NCBI GenBank assembly: GCA_022813865.1
Contig: JALDZX010000078.1
Location: 1-64,000 of the forward strand
Direction: 5' to 3'
Source: Xylographa opegraphella
Lineage: Eukaryota
DNA: 64,000 nucleotides
Shown here: piece after piece, positions 62,551 to 64,000 of the stretch
How the letters are laid out: every line of letters starts with the position of its first letter
Position numbering within the stretch: position 1 is the first letter of the stretch
The notes under the pieces: generated by a model
The model's database searches: none
Told to the model about the DNA's origin: nothing
What the model saw: the letters and a program-made list of their open reading frames with translations, nothing else
Position numbers and translations under genes: made by a program

Positions 62551-63795
62551 TCACTTCTTCCCGCCGACCGCGGCCTTCACCGCCTCCACTTCCTCATTCT
62601 CCGGTAGAATATCGGGCAACGGTCCGACGGGCGTAATACTCGGCGGGTTGATCTGCGTGTGGCTCCGGGTGTAATGCCGCTTGATATGCTCAAACTGCGT
62701 GGTGTCGTGGAATGCCGGTACGTTCCAATATAGATGACGCACCCACCTGTGTAATGCGGGGAAGCCGCTACGGATGTCACGAATGTTGCATTTGAAGTGT
62801 TGCACGTACACGGGGTCGAAGCGAATGATGGTGGTGAAGAGGCGGATGTCGGCTTCAGTGACGGTGTTGCCAAAGTAATAAGGGTGGGATTGGGAGGCGA
62901 GGTGGGATTCGGCGCGCGCGAGGGAGGCGAAGAGCGGGGCGATGGCAGATTCATACGCTTCTTGCGTGCTGTGGGAGACAGAGGGATGTTAGTGGTGTGT
63001 CAGGTGTTCGGATGGATAGGCATATGGAGATAGGCACGTACGAAGCGAAACCGGTTTTGTAGACGCCGTTGTTGATGTCGTTGTATGTCCAATCATTGGT
63101 GCTCTCGATTTCCTCCTGCAGGTGTTGCGGAAAGAGATCGACCTTCTTGTATTCCTCTGACAGGATGTCGTCGAATTCGTTGTAGAACATGCGGATGATT
63201 TCGCTGGACTCGTTGCTCACGATCTTCTTCTGCTTGATGTCGTAGAGTGTCGGTACGGTAAAGCGACCTTCATACTCCGGGTCGACTGCGAAATAGATGT
63301 CGCGTAGGTGCGTGTAGTCTGGATGAATGGGGTCGGGGCCCACGTACTCGCCTGGCAGCTTTTCATCGGTGGTGGCAAAGCGCCAGCCTGGCGGGTTGTA
63401 AGAATAGTAGACCTGGTAGAGAGAAGAGCGGAGGGACAACACCCTTGTCTTGCATATGCCAATGGACAGAAGTGTAGGGAATTATCTCCTCGAGACCTTT
63501 CAGCTTTCGGGCGATGAGGGTACGGTGTGCTGGCAAAAATCTTTCAGTCCTTTTCAATGCGCTGCATCTTATCGTCGAAGACTTACCCCAAGGACATGCA
63601 TAAGAGACATATAAGTGATATCTCCCTTTCTCAGGAGGAAATTCGGCGCCGGACTTCTTGGATATGAAGTGCCGGAAGGCAGATTGGCCGCGCTTGAACT
63701 CCCCAGTCTTGGAGTCCGCCCAAGCCGTAATTTTCTGTTTCCCAGTCAGTGTTTGCAGTATTGATGATTCCTGTACGCACGGAAGATCCGGACAT
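62551..63795 (-). CDS. ECM4: Glutathionyl-hydroquinone reductase / omega-like GST (5 exons)
   Basis: GEFKR, RYHLYVSYACPW|AHR, FTVPTLYD, IVSNESSEIIR, INNGVYKTGFA, RFDPVYVQHFKCN, HIKRHYTRSH..INP; an upstream in-frame ATG at 63903. Confidence 0.95.
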
Positions 63796-64000
63796 GGTTC
63801 TCGACAGGAAATAGAGATTCCTCGAGGACGAAGTGTAGAAACTACGTTCAATAGCAAGCACTCGAGCAATACGTGACCGAAAGCCAATCACAACGTTGAT
63901 CATGGAGAACGGCGGCGGCACACATAAATAGGCGGAAATCACGATGTCAGCGTTTGAATAAACACCTGGCGCGGCGATGACGCGGGGCACATTTCGACGT

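Noticed and set aside
63387..63442. ECM4 intron GTGTTG..CAG|GTCTAC as a twin intron (stwintron)
   Set aside because: The internal intron would be under 30 nt with no branch site; a single ~55-nt intron with a weak donor is simpler.

Overview
Gene-dense, intron-containing fungal nuclear DNA. Short GT-AG introns with CTRAC/CTRAT branch sites and the protein sequences point to Pezizomycotina; a finer lineage such as lichen-forming Lecanoromycetes is only a guess. About 25 mostly housekeeping genes, in order: REX4, cyclopropane-fatty-acyl-phospholipid synthase, RNase H2 subunit C, DUF4385, ESA1, SCC2, RPA12, LIA1, DIB1, ESF1, GID8, URK1, NDUFS4, ATP17, a PRRC2-like protein, YPT6, NOP53, acid trehalase, UMP1, a UBL3-like protein, ERG8, a PPR protein, PDX3, GH125, UBA1 and ECM4. 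An AT-rich RIP-like relic sits at the left edge. No CRISPR array, tRNA, rRNA or intact transposon was seen. The most interesting signals lie outside the ORF track: (1) an unannotated, apparently spliced, extensively base-paired RNA between ESA1 and SCC2, with a U1-type 5' sequence, a cloverleaf junction and an Sm-like site; (2) two box C/D snoRNAs in consecutive GID8 introns; (3) a putative non-AUG N-terminal extension carrying an NLS on UBA1; (4) a uORF whose stop abuts the PPR gene start; (5) three GC-AG introns. Family assignments come from recalled motifs, not database searches; exon boundaries and RNA folds were worked out by eye.
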